NCBI GenBank assembly: GCA_965240325.2
Contig: OZ251226.1
Location: 1,922,001 to 1,986,000 of the forward strand
Reading direction: 5' to 3'
DNA from: Rebecca billardiae RCC1528
Taxonomy: Eukaryota; Protista; Haptophyta
Length of the DNA stretch: 64,000 nt
A model generated the notes under the pieces. It was not told the origin of the DNA, did no database searches, and saw only the letters and a list, made by a program, of their open reading frames with translations. Positions within the stretch are counted from its first letter, which is position 1; every line of letters starts with the position of its first letter. A program made the translations under genes and the position numbers. Shown piece by piece: positions 31,629 to 42,504 of this stretch.

Positions 31629-32414
31629 TCAGCCGCTGGGCCCTGGCGGGTGATCCGGCGGTGATGTAGTCGTCCCCGTGTGCCCTGCGCGGCCGCGTGC
31701 GCGCTTGCCGCTCTGCTCAGCTGGCTTGCTGGCGGCGGCTGGCGCTGCTGCGGCGTGCAGGGTACGCTTTGCCCCCGACTGCTGCGCATCCTCGTCGTCC
31801 GAGTCGTCGTCCATGGACGAGTCTCGGTCCGCGTGGGGGACAGCAGCTGGAGCAGGCGCAGGTGCTGCGGGCAGAGAGGCCGCCAGCCGCGCCGCCTTGC
31901 GCTCCTGGCGTTTCTCGACGGCGCGCCGCGACGAGGTGCGGCGGCTCGATGGAGATCGAATCCGCCTGCCTTGCGCGTCACGCCGAGGCCCGCGCTTCCC
32001 GCGCCGAGGCTTCTTCTTCCGCTTCTGAGAGTGCTGCTGCTCGCCGTTTGCAGCCTGCACTCCAGTACCCGAGCCCTGCGCGGCGAGCGCGCGCGCCGGC
32101 GGAGCCGACTTGCGCGCTCGGCGCGGGGCGGGATGCAGGGGAGCTTTAGAAGGCGCGCCACCACCTCCCTCGCGCCGCTGGCTGCCACCAGCGGGGGTTC
32201 CCTGTGGAGAAGCATCAGGCCCTTGTGCATCAGGCGGACGCACAGACACCGTCAGACGGACACTCCCATCTGGCAGGAGGGAGATGTGCACCGCGCGCGG
32301 GAGGCCGTCGGCGGCGGTGAGCCTTGCTGCGTCACGCCAAAGGCGGACGTAGAGGCGCACCCAACGATCCGACAGCCCCTCGGGCAGCAGCGCAGTCACG
32401 TCGAGGTCGTCCAT
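31629..32414 (-). CDS. Arg/Lys-rich hypothetical ORF carried in element B
   Basis: 261-aa ORF with QKRKKKPRRGKRGPRRDAQGRRIRSPSSRR; homologous segment at about 45300-45830. Confidence 0.4.
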   Translation of the reverse strand: MDDLDVTALLPEGLSDRWVRLYVRLWRDAARLTAADGLPRAVHISLLPDGSVRLTVSVRPPDAQGPDASPQGTPAGGSQRREGGGGAPSKAPLHPAPRRARKSAPPARALAAQGSGTGVQAANGEQQHSQKRKKKPRRGKRGPRRDAQGRRIRSPSSRRTSSRRAVEKRQERKAARLAASLPAAPAPAPAAVPHADRDSSMDDDSDDEDAQQSGAKRTLHAAAAPAAASKPAEQSGKRARGRAGHTGTTTSPPDHPPGPSG

Positions 32415-33994
32415 GCGAGCGTCGCCATGTACACGTGGACAGGAACCGAGGAGAACATCATTTGCACCGCTTCGTTTTCATCGAGCAGAATATCATCGAT
32501 ATTCATCAGGCGCACGTGTGCGTATTCATCATCAGCCTTCGGGAATTGGGAGTAGCTATTGGCCTTTGCCCTCTGGCGAGCCAGTTGTGCGCACTTTAAG
32601 AGCAGGCCTGAGCAGGCTCGAGGCCACTTTTTTGCCGCTCACGTGGACATGATGCCGAGCACGTCTCACGAGGTGCGCGCGGCGAGTGGCGTCTGGAGCG
32701 CGCGGCTGTGGTGGGCCCCGACGGCCGTCGACATCGCGTTCGTGCCCCGCTCACTCTGAACTCCGCGCGCCCCCGCCGCCCTATCGATCGATCATCGATG
32801 CCTGCGCGCGGAATCGTGCACCGCGCGTGCCGCCCGCGACCGGCCGCGGCAGGCCCGAGCCGCCCTTTCGGGCTCTCGCAAGCACGGGGGCAGCGGCGCC
32901 TGATGGCGGACTGATCGACATCTGAGTCTCCGACTTCACCACGCGCCCCCCTCGTCATGCCTTCCCGGGGTCTCCCACGGAAGACGGACTAACCGAGCAG
33001 GCGACGGTACTGTCTGTACGCTGCCGTGACACACGGCGCCTGGGCAGCGGGCAGTGGTGGCGGGGTCCCGCGGACGTCAGTCTTCCCCTCGCGCCCTGCT
33101 CACCTCGAGTGCGCCGCCACGCGCCTCCGCACGCGTGTCCCATCGATGCGCAGAGCGGCATGCTTGCATGAAAGTTGAAATGGCTGGGTCATCAGCCCGC
33201 GCCGGCAAGTCTGTCTAGCGCTGGACGGACGGACATAGGAGGACGAGCAGCGCGGGCGACGGTGGTGCGCGACGCTCCCAGAGCTGGCCGTGCCTCTGCG
33301 ACGCGTGCCGAGCCTGACCGAGGTGTGTCACCCGGTCCACGCGCGGCGCGCGCGAAGGCACCGGTGCTGTGGCTGCTCGGCTCGAATCCGCGGCCTCGCC
33401 TGGCACCGCGGCACCGTGCTCCCTGGCTGTCAGCTCCGCGTGGCCTGGCGTGCACGTAGAGTTGCGCTCATGCGTCGATCACGCCTCGCGCCCGCCTGTC
33501 GGCCGTCGCGCAGGCGCTGGTCGAACCCTACTCGGACCAGTGCAAATCATCTATCCCGTGGCCGCTGCCGGCGCGCGGTGACGGGACAGCGCGGTCAGCA
33601 GCAGGCGCAGCGGCCCGAACGAATCCGCGGCCCCGCACCGTGCTCCCTGGCTGTCTGCTCCGCGTGGCCTGGCGTGCACGTGGAGTCGCGCTCATGCGTC
33701 GATCACGCCTCGTCGCATCCGCCTGTACACAATATCGGCGCCGCGGCGGCGGCTCGCGGTCAGCAGCAGGCGCAGCGGCCCGAACGAATCCGCGGCCCCG
33801 CACCGTGCTCCCTGGCTGTCTGCTCCGCGTGGCCTGGCGTGCACGTGGAGTCGCGCTCATGCGTCGATCACGCCTCGTCGCATCCGCCTGTACACAATAT
33901 CGGCGCCGCGGCGGCGGCTGTGACTGGGCCCGCCCGGCCCCGGGCGCCCCGGCGGCCCGGCGCGGCCGAGGCGGCGGCGCGCCGCTGGAGTCTA

Positions 33995-34121
33995 CTGCTA
34001 CAGTTTACTAAGAATAAGAGACGCACACAGCTCAGGCAGGCGAGATTGACGCCCGCCAGCTGTCACCGCCCATGAAGCCGTCGCCGATGGTAGCGCCGCC
34101 GGAAAAAAATCGTTACATCAG
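33995..34121 (+). mobile_element. 127-bp insertion between duplicated TA dinucleotides, carrying a Tc1/mariner(pogo)-like end
   Basis: Element A has GAGTCTAGTTGTACGG; element B has GAGTCTA[127 bp]TAGTTGTACGG. The insert contains TA-CAGTTTACTAAGAATAAGAGACGCAC. Confidence 0.65.
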
Positions 34122-34514
34122 TAGTTGTACGGGCATGCCAACCGTGCCATTACTGGTCTCACTCTCAGCCTCAGGTCTGTCCGAATCGGACAATCGTGAA
34201 ATTGAATAGAGTTAGACGACTGCGCGACGGAGGGTGCACCGCCACCGCGGGCCCCGAACTACGTTCGTTCTACGGAAAAGGACCGCGGAACGCGGTCATA
34301 TATGAATTCTGTAGTCTGCTAGTAATAAGTAAGCGCTGCAGATGCCACATCAGATGGCCTGAACTCAACTAATATACTATTAATACGACTGGCGGTATTG
34401 CGCTAGCTACTGATAAGTTATTGCATATATAGCGTCGTGTCGAAGTTGCCCTGCTCGCCGCCGGACTCTGCTGAGTGAGTCTGCAGCTCCGGGTCGCAGT
34501 CCCGTACTCGTCCT

Positions 34515-36038
34515 TCATTCAGCTACGCTGCTGCAAACGCCCTCATCGTCCTCACGATCGCCGTGACCGACAGCTGCATCGTGGGCAATCAGCCTGGTAT
34601 CCAGCGCATCATCCAGCCTGGACCCCTCTCCGCCCGTTGCCATGCCATCGCGCTCTTCGCGGCGATCGCCTGCGCCGTGCCCCAAGGGCAAGGCGGAGGC
34701 CATCCGGTGGCTTTCGGGAGCCGAGGGGATGAAGGGCGTGGCTAGGACGCCGACGAGCGCGCACAGTCCCCCGCCCGCAAGAGCGCGGCACACGTCGCTG
34801 CGTGGCCGCGCGCCGAACAGCGCCGAGCACGCGAGAGAGGTGCACACCTCCGCTGCGACCACGAAGATGTTGAGCTTGCCCATCAGCAGCCCGAGCTCCG
34901 AGCGCGGCGCGTGCTGGGCGACCACGAGGTAGGGCACGGTCTGCGTCGCGGCCCACGCGGGGCCGAGGGCACCGATGAGCGCGAGCGCGGCCGCGTGGGA
35001 GGCGCGAGCGGGCAGGCGCGGCACCGCGCACGTCGCGCACGTGAGCACGCCCTGGAGCACGAGGGCAGCGGCGAAGGTTTGGCGCAGCCCCGCCGCGCGG
35101 ATCACGAGCTGCAGCGGACCGGCGCCGGTCAGCGCCGTCAGCGCCGCTTGGAGCGTGAGCCCGAGCGCGGCGAAGTGCACGCCGCGCGCGTACGCCTCGC
35201 GCTCGGCCGTGTCAGACGACGCGCCGTCCCCGCCGAAGACGTCGGCACCGACCCAGTGGCTGGCGAACAGGATGCACGCGAACCAGCCCAGCCACGCACA
35301 GAAAGTGGAGCAGCACACGGCGCGCATCCACCGAGGCAGCCGCCACACGGCGAACGCGCGCAGCACGTGCGCGGTGCGCCGCTCGGCGTGGGCGACGGGC
35401 GCCGCCGGCGTGGCTGGCGTGCTGCGGCCGTGGCTCCCCGCCAGCGCAACGCTCGCGCCGCCCGCGCAGAGCACAAGCACGCCCGCACCGAAGAGGAAGC
35501 TCAGGTCGAGCGCCGCTGGGAGCCCGCATGCGCGCGCGAGCTGCTGCGACGAGGCGAGGTACCCAACGAGCTGGCCGAGGCCATCGGCGGACGCGAGTGC
35601 GGCCTGTGCGTTCGCCTGGTGCTCCGCGGCGCACGCATCCGCCGCCATCGCGCGCAACGAGACGAGTGTCAGGTTGAGGCCAATGTCAAGCGCCCACAGC
35701 GCTGCGACCGCGAGCGGGAGTGCGACGCCGCGGCCGAGGAGGAAGCTCGCGTTCGGGAGCACGAGCAGCCCGGCGCACATGAGCAGCACGCCCGCACCGA
35801 AGAAGGCGCGTCGCGAGCCGCGCCGATCGGAGAGCGCGCCCGCGGCCGGCTGCACGATGAGTCCCGCGAGTGGGCCGGCGAGCCGGATGGTGCTCACAGA
35901 CGCCTCGCGCACACCGTAGCGCAGAACGAAGAGCGAGGTGGCCCACGCCGTCTGCACTGCCCACGCGAACTGCACGCTCACCATGCCCGTGGCGATCGCC
36001 ATCAGCCGTCGCGTCGATGCGTCGACTGAGTGCTGCAT
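34515..36038 (-). CDS. MFS/GPH sucrose-H+ symporter-like (SUT/SLC45 family)
   Basis: VQFAWAVQ, LAGPLAGLIVQP.AGALSDR..SRR, WALDIGLN, WLGWF, WVGADVFGGD, GLLMGKLNIFVV. Confidence 0.9.
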   Translation of the reverse strand: MQHSVDASTRRLMAIATGMVSVQFAWAVQTAWATSLFVLRYGVREASVSTIRLAGPLAGLIVQPAAGALSDRRGSRRAFFGAGVLLMCAGLLVLPNASFLLGRGVALPLAVAALWALDIGLNLTLVSLRAMAADACAAEHQANAQAALASADGLGQLVGYLASSQQLARACGLPAALDLSFLFGAGVLVLCAGGASVALAGSHGRSTPATPAAPVAHAERRTAHVLRAFAVWRLPRWMRAVCCSTFCAWLGWFACILFASHWVGADVFGGDGASSDTAEREAYARGVHFAALGLTLQAALTALTGAGPLQLVIRAAGLRQTFAAALVLQGVLTCATCAVPRLPARASHAAALALIGALGPAWAATQTVPYLVVAQHAPRSELGLLMGKLNIFVVAAEVCTSLACSALFGARPRSDVCRALAGGGLCALVGVLATPFIPSAPESHRMASALPLGHGAGDRREERDGMATGGEGSRLDDALDTRLIAHDAAVGHGDREDDEGVCSSVAE

Positions 36039-36177
36039 AAGTGCTCGCCAAGGCTTCAGCTGGTGGCGGCCGCCATCGTTTGCCTCCGCTTTGTACTTTG
36101 TACGCGAGCGTGCTGCAAGCCTGCAAGCCTGCAACCGGTAGGCGAGCGCGGCGCGCGCTGCTGGGCCGCGGCAATCC

Positions 36178-37205
36178 ATGCCGCACGTCGAGCACCTCGA
36201 GCAGTGCATCACGTGCCATGCGTGGAACAAGGATCGCACGAGTGCGCGCCGCGCCAGTGCGCTGTCTGCCCGACGCGTTCGCTGCGCCCGATGCGCGCGC
36301 CCGATGCGCCCGCGCCGCCAGCGCCCGCTGATCGCGCGTGCATGCCGGTGCGCGCACGCGTGCGCCGCGAGCGCAGTGCTCGCGCTCTCGCCAAATAACA
36401 GCGAGATCCACATATACACCGTGGACGCGAGCTCTGCGGGCTCGCCAAAGTTCACCCGCGCGTGGACCCTGCGGGAGCACGACGCGCTCGTGACGGGCAT
36501 CGACTGGGCGCGCAAGACGGATCGCATCGTGAGCTCGTCGCAGGATAGGAACGCGTACGTGTGGGAGAGGCAAGGAGCCGAGTGGAAGCCGACGCTCGTC
36601 ATCCTGCGGATCCAGCGCGCGGCCACGTGCGTGAGCTGGAGCCCTGACGGTGAGCTCGCACGGGCGCGTCGCCGCGCCGCGAGCCGCGCGGCCGCACTGA
36701 TCGCCCGCGACGCCTCGCGCCGCGCCCCGCGCGCGCCGCGCGCGCGCACGCGCAGAGGCCAAGTTCGCGGTGGGGAGCGGCGAGAAGCTCGTCCCGGTGT
36801 GCTACTTCGAGGAGCAGAACAACTTCTGGGTGAGCAAGCACATGCGCAAGCACCACTCCACCGTGCTCTGCGCCGAGTGGGCGCCGAGCTCGCTGCTGCT
36901 CGCCACGGGCTGCGCCGACCGCAAGCTGCGCGTGCTGAGCGCGTACGTGAAGGGCGTGGACACGGGGCCGCGCGACGCGGTGCCCGGCGCGGACCAGCCG
37001 TTCGGCGCGGTCCTCGCCGAGTTCGCGTGCGGCGGCTGGGTGCACGCCGTGGCATGGCACCCGAACGGCACGACCGTCGCGTGCGCCGCGCACGACTCGA
37101 CGGTCACGCTCGCGAGCGTCTCGGCTCCGGCCGCGCCGCAGCAGGTGATCCGGTTGCGAGACCTGCCGCTCAAGGTGCGGGCGCGCGCGCGTGCGCCTCG
37201 CCGAG

Positions 37206-37238
<33 letters not shown>

Positions 37239-37686
37239 ACGCCTCGCTCCCTCACGCCGTGCGCCTCGCTGCCGCTGCGCCTCGCTGCCGCAGGCGCTGG
37301 CCTTCCTGCCGAGCGGCGCGCTGGTGGGCGCGGGCTTCACGTACACGCCTCTCGTCTTCTCGCAGCAGCCCGGCGGCAGCGGGTACAGCAGTGGCACGCG
37401 CGTCGACAGCGGCGGCGGGAGCACCGGCGACACGGGCACCACGTCAGCGGTCAGCGCCGCGCGGCGCATGTTCCAGGCGCAGGACAAGGCGCGGCAGGAG
37501 CAGACCGTCGACCACGCGGCGCGGCTGGACTCTGTCCACCAGAACTGCGTCACGTGCATCCGCGCATTTCCCGGCAGCGTCGGCGGGAACGCTGTCGAGT
37601 TCACGACCACCGCGCTCGACGGCAAGCTTGTGTTCTGGAGCAGCGACGAGCTGAGCAGCGCCATGCGCAAGCTGTCCGTCACCTGA
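36178..37686 (+). CDS. ARPC1: Arp2/3 complex subunit 1 (p41-Arc); introns 36242-36376, 36650-36755, 37175-37293
   Basis: [62 protein letters not shown]. Confidence 0.95.
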
Positions 37687-38560
37687 GCCGACGGCCCGCG
37701 GCGACGGCGGCGAGTAGGCTGAGCGCCGAGTCGTGCGCTCGCAGCCGCCCGCCAATCAGCTGACGACTGGCAACTTGCTGACGACTGACGAGGATGCTGG
37801 TGAGGCAATTATAATGACAGCGACAGAGGAAGCTGTCAGACTGGGCACCAGTCCTCGGTGACACCGTTCCACACGCTGAGTCGCGCGGGTCGTACGGATT
37901 AAGTTCGTCATCTCACGGTGCCTGCGGCAGCAGGGCGTCTGGACTTGGAGCTGACATCGACAGTCGCCTAGTGAGCATGCTTACCTGCCCCTGGGGTTGG
38001 CTGCTACTCGCACGTGATGCCTGGAATGTATGATGCCGTCAGCCCGACTCGAATGGCCTACCAGGCCGCAGCTGCTAGCAGACTCTGCGTGCGTGCTGAG
38101 AGCATGTGGTCCCGGAAAGTGGTCCCGGGACGGTGCCCGCGGCGGCGCAGCGGCGCAGCTGCCGCCTGGGGCTGGCGCGGAAGCTGAGTGAGCATGTTCG
38201 TCCGTCCTGAGGTGGTCTACTGCATGTATGTAATGTCTAGAATGCATGATGCCGTTAGCCCGACTCACACGGCTCACCAGGCAGCGGCTCTGCGCGCTGA
38301 GAGCCCGCGGGTCCGAAAGTTGAAGCATGCCGTCGGCGGCCCCGTCGTGGTCCACGTGGACCTCGTGGCGTCCGTGGGGCACATGGTAGTGGAACAAAGT
38401 CGTCTAAATGGTACATAGCCGCTGGGTTGTACCTCAGGCACACCCTGGGGGTGCCGCCAGACGCGATCTCGAGCGACCCCCGGGGGCGCCGCCGCCATCG
38501 TGCACAAAAAGTGAACAGCAATCGGGTCCGAAAGTTGAAGCGCAGCGACCTGTAGTCCTG

Positions 38561-38611
38561 TACAGTTTACTAAAAAGAATAAGAGACGCACACAGCTCAG
38601 GCAGGCGAGAT
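38561..38611 (+). repeat. solo TA-CAGTTTACT transposon end (copy 2)
   Basis: TACAGTTTACTAAAAAGAATAAGAGACGCACACAGCTCAGGCAGGCGAGAT, nearly identical to 33999-34046. Confidence 0.75.
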
Positions 38612-40959
38612 AGTAGCAGTGCCCATTTACCAGCATTTTGCCCCCCGCGGACGCAAAAGTCAGAACATGAGAACAGAGCCACGCGCGGTCGGCGGACGAA
38701 TGATGATCGACGATGTCGATGGCGGCACTACGGCAGCACGAGGTGGTGAATTGGTCAACATCCGAGACATGCGAGCCGCGGAAGGGGCACTCGCTGACGG
38801 ACGATGCATCACGTAGATCATCGCTACGACTCTGCTCCTGCTCATGAGCATGCCACTACAGTATACTCGGCGACACGGTCGGCTGCGCGGTCGGCACGCG
38901 CCCGGATGGCGGCGGCGGCAGCGGCAGCACGGCCGGCCGTTCTGAGGCATCACTTGTCAGGCGCTGTCGGAGTTGCCGCGTTGCAGATGCGGCGGCACCC
39001 GCGCAGGCGTGCTTACCTGCTGGGCGGGCCCGCCGGGCATCGTCTCACCGGAGCCGTCGAGCAGGTCGTCGATGGCGGGCACGTGCTGTCGGTCAGTGCC
39101 CCCCCCCCCCCTTCGGGGCGGCGGACTGCTCCAGCTGGGCGTCGGCGTCGGCGGCTGCATTGGCGGACGGCTGCTCCGGCAGGGTTGCGGCTGCGGCTGC
39201 GGGCGGGTCGGGCTGGTTGTCGACGCGCTGCGACGGTGGCAGCGGCAGCGGGCTTGGCAGCTGTCTGGGCGGCTGCTGCAGGCTGGGCGGCAGCGGCGGC
39301 TGCGGCGGTCTACTGAGGCATGCGGCGTCGGCGCCGGCCTCGGTGCGCTGGGCGCCTGCCTGCGGCTGCGCAGCGCGTGCACGGCGCGGGCCGACAGCTG
39401 GTCGGCAAGCGTGCAGCGCCGCCGTGCACAGCAGGCGTCCTGCTGCGTGCGTAGGCTGCAGCGCAGCCGTGCACGCCTGGTACACACATGGCCCTTCAAG
39501 CCAGCCGCGGAACTGGGCGCGGCCCCTGACAAAGCTCTCGCGCATGTCAGAGTAGCACTCTGCGTGAAGGCTGAGCTGGTGGCTCGCACGCTGTCGAGCG
39601 CGCGCTGGGCGGCGTCGGCGATGACACACTGGGCGTAGCAGCCGCGCGCACTCAGCACGCCCTCGTCCGAGCGCGTGGCCGCGAGCGCACCGAGCACTGC
39701 TAGGTAGAGGGATAAAGCAGTGCCCCAGGCGCGCGGCTCGCGGCGACTGCGACATCGAGCGCTGCGCTGAGCGCACACGCGTGCGCGGCGCGCAGTGGGC
39801 GTCGGCCTCGGCGCTGGCACCGGCGGCGGCGGGGCCATCGGCGGATGCGGCGGCATCGGCGGCGGCGGCCGCATCTGGGCGGGGGCGCAGGACTTCACTG
39901 TCGCTGCCACGCGCCGCGCGCCTGGCTCTCGCCAGATGGCGGCGTCTGCGTGGCACTTGCCGCTGGGAGTGGGGCCGAGCGGCTGCTGCTGTGCGTGCAC
40001 GTGCTACTCGGCGGGCAGCGCGTCGCTGGGTCGCTCTCGGGACTCTCTGAGTCGGCGCCGTCGGTGGTGTCGCTGCGCCGTCGGTGGCGTCGGTGGCGTC
40101 GTTGGCAAACAGGCGCGGAGGCGCGCACGCTGAGCAGCCGCGTGCGCTCAGCACGCCCTCGTTCAAGGCGTGGCCGCGAGCGCAGCGAGCACTGCTAGGT
40201 AGAGGGATAAAGCAGTGCCCCAGGCGCGCGGCTCGAGGCGACCGTCGGCATCGAGCACTGCGCTGAGCGCACGTGTGTGCGGCGCGCGCAATGGGCGTCG
40301 GCCTGCCCCCCCTCCCCCCCTGATGTACGTCGTACGAACGAATAATAAGCCTGATGATGATCATGCACGTATCATCGATAGATCTAAGCGCTACGACTCT
40401 GAAATCCTGCTCATGAGCTCGCCACTATACTCGGCGACACGGTCGGCTCGGCTCGGCACGCGCCCGGATTCGGCGGCAGCGGCAGCGGCAGCCGCCGGCA
40501 GCGCATCGGTGGCGGCGGCGGCATCCGCAGTCAGCAGTGCACGTGTGTGAGGGGCGTGCAGAGGGCGTAGTAGGCCTTGGCGCTGGCACCGGCTGTGGCG
40601 GGGGCATGGGCTGATGCGGTGGCATAGGGGGCGGCGGCGCAGGCTGTCGAGCGCGCGCGCGCTGGGCGGCGTCGGCTATGACGCCGGGTGAAGCTTGTGG
40701 CCGCGAGCGCGCCGAGCGTGGCGAGGGCGAGGGCGAACGCGGCGCCTCACGGGCGCCGCGTCGGCGACCGTGGGCATCGAGCACTGCGCTGAGCGCATGT
40801 GCGTGCGCGGCGCGCAGTGGGCATCGGCCTCGGCGCTGGCACCGGCGGCGGCGGGGGCATCGGAGGATGCAGCGGCATCGGTGGCGGCGGCGGCATCGGC
40901 GGCGGGGGTGCCTGGCGAGCGGCGGAAGGTGGAAGGTGCGATGGATGGCGCCGCCGGGC

Positions 40960-41430
40960 GTGTCCGTGCTCTCGACCGTGGAGCACCTTGCCGCCGAAGG
41001 GTGTGTCGGTGTTGCACAGGTCCTGCAGCGTGCGGTCGAGCGACTCGATTAAGCGCAGCACGGGCGCCTCGTTCCAGATGACAAGCCGCGCGCTGGCGAG
41101 CAGGTCGCCGCGCTGCGCGCTGTTGAACATGAGTGAATGAAAGGTCTTGTTCTCGTGCTGCTTGTCAACGTGCATGTGGTGCTGCACGTGGAAGGTGCGA
41201 TCGCCATCGAAGGCAAGCGCCGTGATGTTGGACGACGCGCACGGCAGCGCCACGTCCCCAGCCGCGCGCGCGCAGCAGGGCGCGCAGCATGACCGTCCGT
41301 TTCGCGCGCCAGCGCGGAGGCGCGGCTGAGCGAGTGCAGCACTCCGCGCGGTCGGCGCGTCGACGTCGGAGAGCACGGCGTGGACGATGCAGGCCTGCTC
41401 GTCGTCGAGCACGGGCACGCGCGCGGCGGC
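40960..41430 (-). pseudogene. PIF1-type (Helitron RepHel) helicase fragment
   Basis: LDDEQ..IV; ASSNITAL...GDRTFH; ARLVIWNEAPV (DE changed to NE); IESLDRTLQDL...PFGGKVL. Walker A is missing. Confidence 0.8.
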
Positions 41431-41538
41431 CGCACCCACGCGCTCGTCCGCGCGGGCGTCGGCGCGCCTGGGCTCGGCGCGCGTGGCGGGCGGGAGCTCT
41501 GAGCTCTCGTGGGACGGACGTCCGGCGGGGCTGCAACA

Positions 41539-41710
41539 CTTGCTTGGTCCGGCTTCCGCATAACTAACTTACTTGGTCCGGCGTTTCTTACTTGATCCGG
41601 CGTTTTTTACTTGGATTGGCGGTTTATGCGGCGTGACGAACGTTTTTTACTCCGATTGGCGCCTGCTTACTCCGATTGGCGGTTTATGCGGCGCGAAAAA
41701 CGTGACGAAA
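41539..41710 (+). repeat. ~19-20 bp degenerate tandem repeats
   Basis: Six units of ACTTGGTCCGGCG / ACTCCGATTGGCG separated by T-rich linkers. Confidence 0.75.
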
Positions 41711-41890
41711 TACCAAGTAATTTCAAAGTAGCATTTTCGGCGAGCCGGACTGTGCCGAAACACCAACTCGGCGAGCCGGATCGTGGAGAGAAACAGGAAG
41801 AGCGGAGACCCCTTGCGCGATCTAGATCGTAGTACTGTAAGTTCGTGGAAACAGGGAAGGGTTGTGGATGGGTAGGTCCTGTGTGTTTAT

Positions 41891-41924
41891 TTAAATTCCC
41901 CTTTATAACGGGCTCCGGGTGATC
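41891..41924 (+). repeat. 34-bp direct repeat, copy 1
   Basis: TTAAATTCCCCTTTATAACGGGCTCCGGGTGATC, identical at 45878-45911. Confidence 0.9.
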
Positions 41925-42217
41925 AGACTGGCGGCCGAAGCCTCCAGCCCTACCCTGGCCAGCCCCCTGTTCGGCGGTCCTACACGCCTGTACCACGATT
42001 AATCAAGCTTGATACGTTTGGTGCTCCCGCAAGCTTGTGAAACACTTGAAACCTGGGCGCACGTTTTACCGCTTTGAAAATATGAATGGGAGTGAGTTAA
42101 TTGTGATTGTGAAACCTGGTGAGTGTTCGCTCGGTGAATGAGGCATGAGGGTACGATGGTGATTGCGTTTTTAAGGGGAGATGGAATGAGAATAATGAAT
42201 GGAAGAGATTCAATCTC

Positions 42218-42353
42218 CTTAAATGATGGACTGATTACATCGATCCACGATCTATGTATCTCGTATGTCATCTCATACTTCTCCAATATTGAAATTTTGA
42301 GATAATATTCGAGATATAAATTGAGGATCGATGTAATCAGTCCATCATCTAAG
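42218..42353. other. AT-rich 136-nt hairpin (pre-miRNA-like or MITE-like)
   Basis: 24-bp perfect stem ATGATGGACTGATTACATCGATCC / GGATCGATGTAATCAGTCCATCAT plus an imperfect inner stem. Confidence 0.7.
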
Positions 42354-42504
42354 AATGTGATGACAGGTGAGTGAGATTGCATCCCCGACATGTTAGGATC
42401 GCGAGAATATGACCGTACTCCCGCCCAGTTTCTACCCTTTTTCCCTGTCGTTCCCTACTACAACATCACCCAAACACAAACCTCCGCCGCAACACATCCT
42501 CACC

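Larger units (their letters stand above)
30939..34298 (+). mobile_element. non-autonomous element B, same family, with ~1.5 kb extra cargo
   Basis: Same 5' end (30940), inverted copy at 34243-34253 and hairpin at 34281-34297. Internal blocks are homologous to A; three copies of the internal GCACCGTGCTCCCTGGCTGTC... unit against two in A. Confidence 0.75.
37980..41530 (-). mobile_element. degenerate Helitron-derived mosaic with internal duplications
   Basis: PIF1 relic plus repeated blocks: 38822-38928 vs 40390-40492; 39637-39740 vs 40133-40235; 39764-39868 vs 40785-40890. Confidence 0.55.

Noticed and set aside
34001-34030. ATAAGAGAC resembling the Tn5/Nextera mosaic end
   Set aside because: Only 9 nt match; three diverged genomic copies with TA flanks indicate a native repeat.
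37205-37238. Poly-C as a poly-Pro coding tract
   Set aside because: It lies inside ARPC1 intron 3, and the homopolymer length is unreliable.
41539-41710. CRISPR-like array
   Set aside because: Units are short and degenerate, there are no unique spacers of constant length, no cas genes, and the context is eukaryotic.
41999-42391. 130-aa AT-rich ORF on the minus strand
   Set aside because: Codon usage is unlike host genes and it spans the hairpin; probably incidental.
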